DNA of 63,724 nucleotides, filler included, from Planctomycetota bacterium (GTDB lineage Bacteria; Planctomycetota; Planctomycetia; JALXBF01): NCBI GenBank assembly GCA_026991575.1. It is 10 parts of 10 records of this genome, joined end to end, with 100 filler letters (N's around TTAATTAATTAA, not from the genome) between each part and the next. Parts side by side here need not be neighbours in the genome. Positions count along the whole stretch, not along the records: positions 61,793 to 63,724 come from JALXBF010000057.1; 9 more parts are not named here. One strand, 5' to 3'. Shown piece by piece: positions 61,793 to 63,724 of this stretch (position 1 is its first letter; each line of letters starts with the position of its first letter). The notes under the pieces were generated by a model. It saw only the letters and a program-made list of their open reading frames with translations, ran no database searches and was not told where the DNA came from. The position numbers and the translations under genes were made by a program.

Positions 61793-62343
61793 TCCCTCTG
61801 GCACGTTTCATTGAACGGAGTCGCCTTCGCTCAGGCGGGGCCAAGCGACGAACACGAACTCTGTCCATCCTTGGAGCCTCCACGTTTTCTCCCTTTGACA
61901 CCCACTGTGGAGGCTCCTTCTTACGTCATAACCTCCGTGTCCCGCAAGCGCGGTTGCCCGCTGCCCCGCCCCGCGAGGGAAACTTCTCTAGTTGAAACGG
62001 CACTAGTTCCCTCGACACGGACACAGCCGACGAGGTAACCAGGACCTGGCCCATCGTCCCGTCAACCGTCGTTCGTGCACCACTGTCGGTAGCGCTCTGC
62101 CAGCCCAGTTCGGTCGCAATCCGGGCCTTTAGCGATTCCGTTCGCGCGGACCCCGCGCTGGCCCCGAAGTGTCGAGCCGGACTCGGCGCTGCCGGACACA
62201 AGGTTATGGCCGCTCCTCTCATCGCCGGCAATCCGAAGACGGTCGTTCCTTCTGGAATGAGCTGGGGGTGCGCAGCGGCTCCCTGCGGCGACCGCAGCGA
62301 CTGCGATAACGATTCGGTCGGCCCGGGTACCGGGTAAGATTAG

Positions 62344-63684
<1,341 letters not shown>

Positions 63685-63724
63685 ACCCGGAGGGGGGCGA
63701 CTACATCCGTCACGCCTTGCCAGG

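Overview
GC-rich bacterial sequence, most likely a Planctomycetota draft genome or MAG (inferred from DUF1573 proteins, sulfatase/FGE genes and planctomycete-style housekeeping proteins). It is not contiguous: ten contig pieces are joined by nine artificial 100-bp N44-TTAATTAATTAA-N44 linkers, so gene neighbourhoods hold only within a contig. Most of the window is housekeeping: alaS, rpmF-plsX-fabD-acpP-fabF, rtcA, hemF, truD, def-fmt-miaB, sat, atpG/atpD, eno and two pieces of glnE. Accessory material lies at about 35.1-41.6 kb and 53.2-59.6 kb. It includes two near-identical 5'-truncated Rhs/YD fragments, each preceded by the same hairpin-containing repeat; an out-of-frame toxin-like tip with an internally duplicated membrane protein; an ORF-less group II intron remnant; ISAs1, IS4 and mini-IS66 remnants; and a DUF1573 operon with a 12-Cys secreted mini-protein split by an amber codon. 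One contig ends in a CRISPR leader, a single type I-G-like repeat and a partial spacer, with strong G/T strand skew extending into the neighbouring sat gene. Best leads: a second ACP lacking the phosphopantetheine serine directly upstream of fabF; a SulP transporter with a CymR-like C-terminal YYVI tail (possible CysK docking); the repeat-bounded Rhs cassettes; the Cys-rich peptide operon; the CRISPR-proximal skew. All calls are by eye and motif recall; no searches were run.
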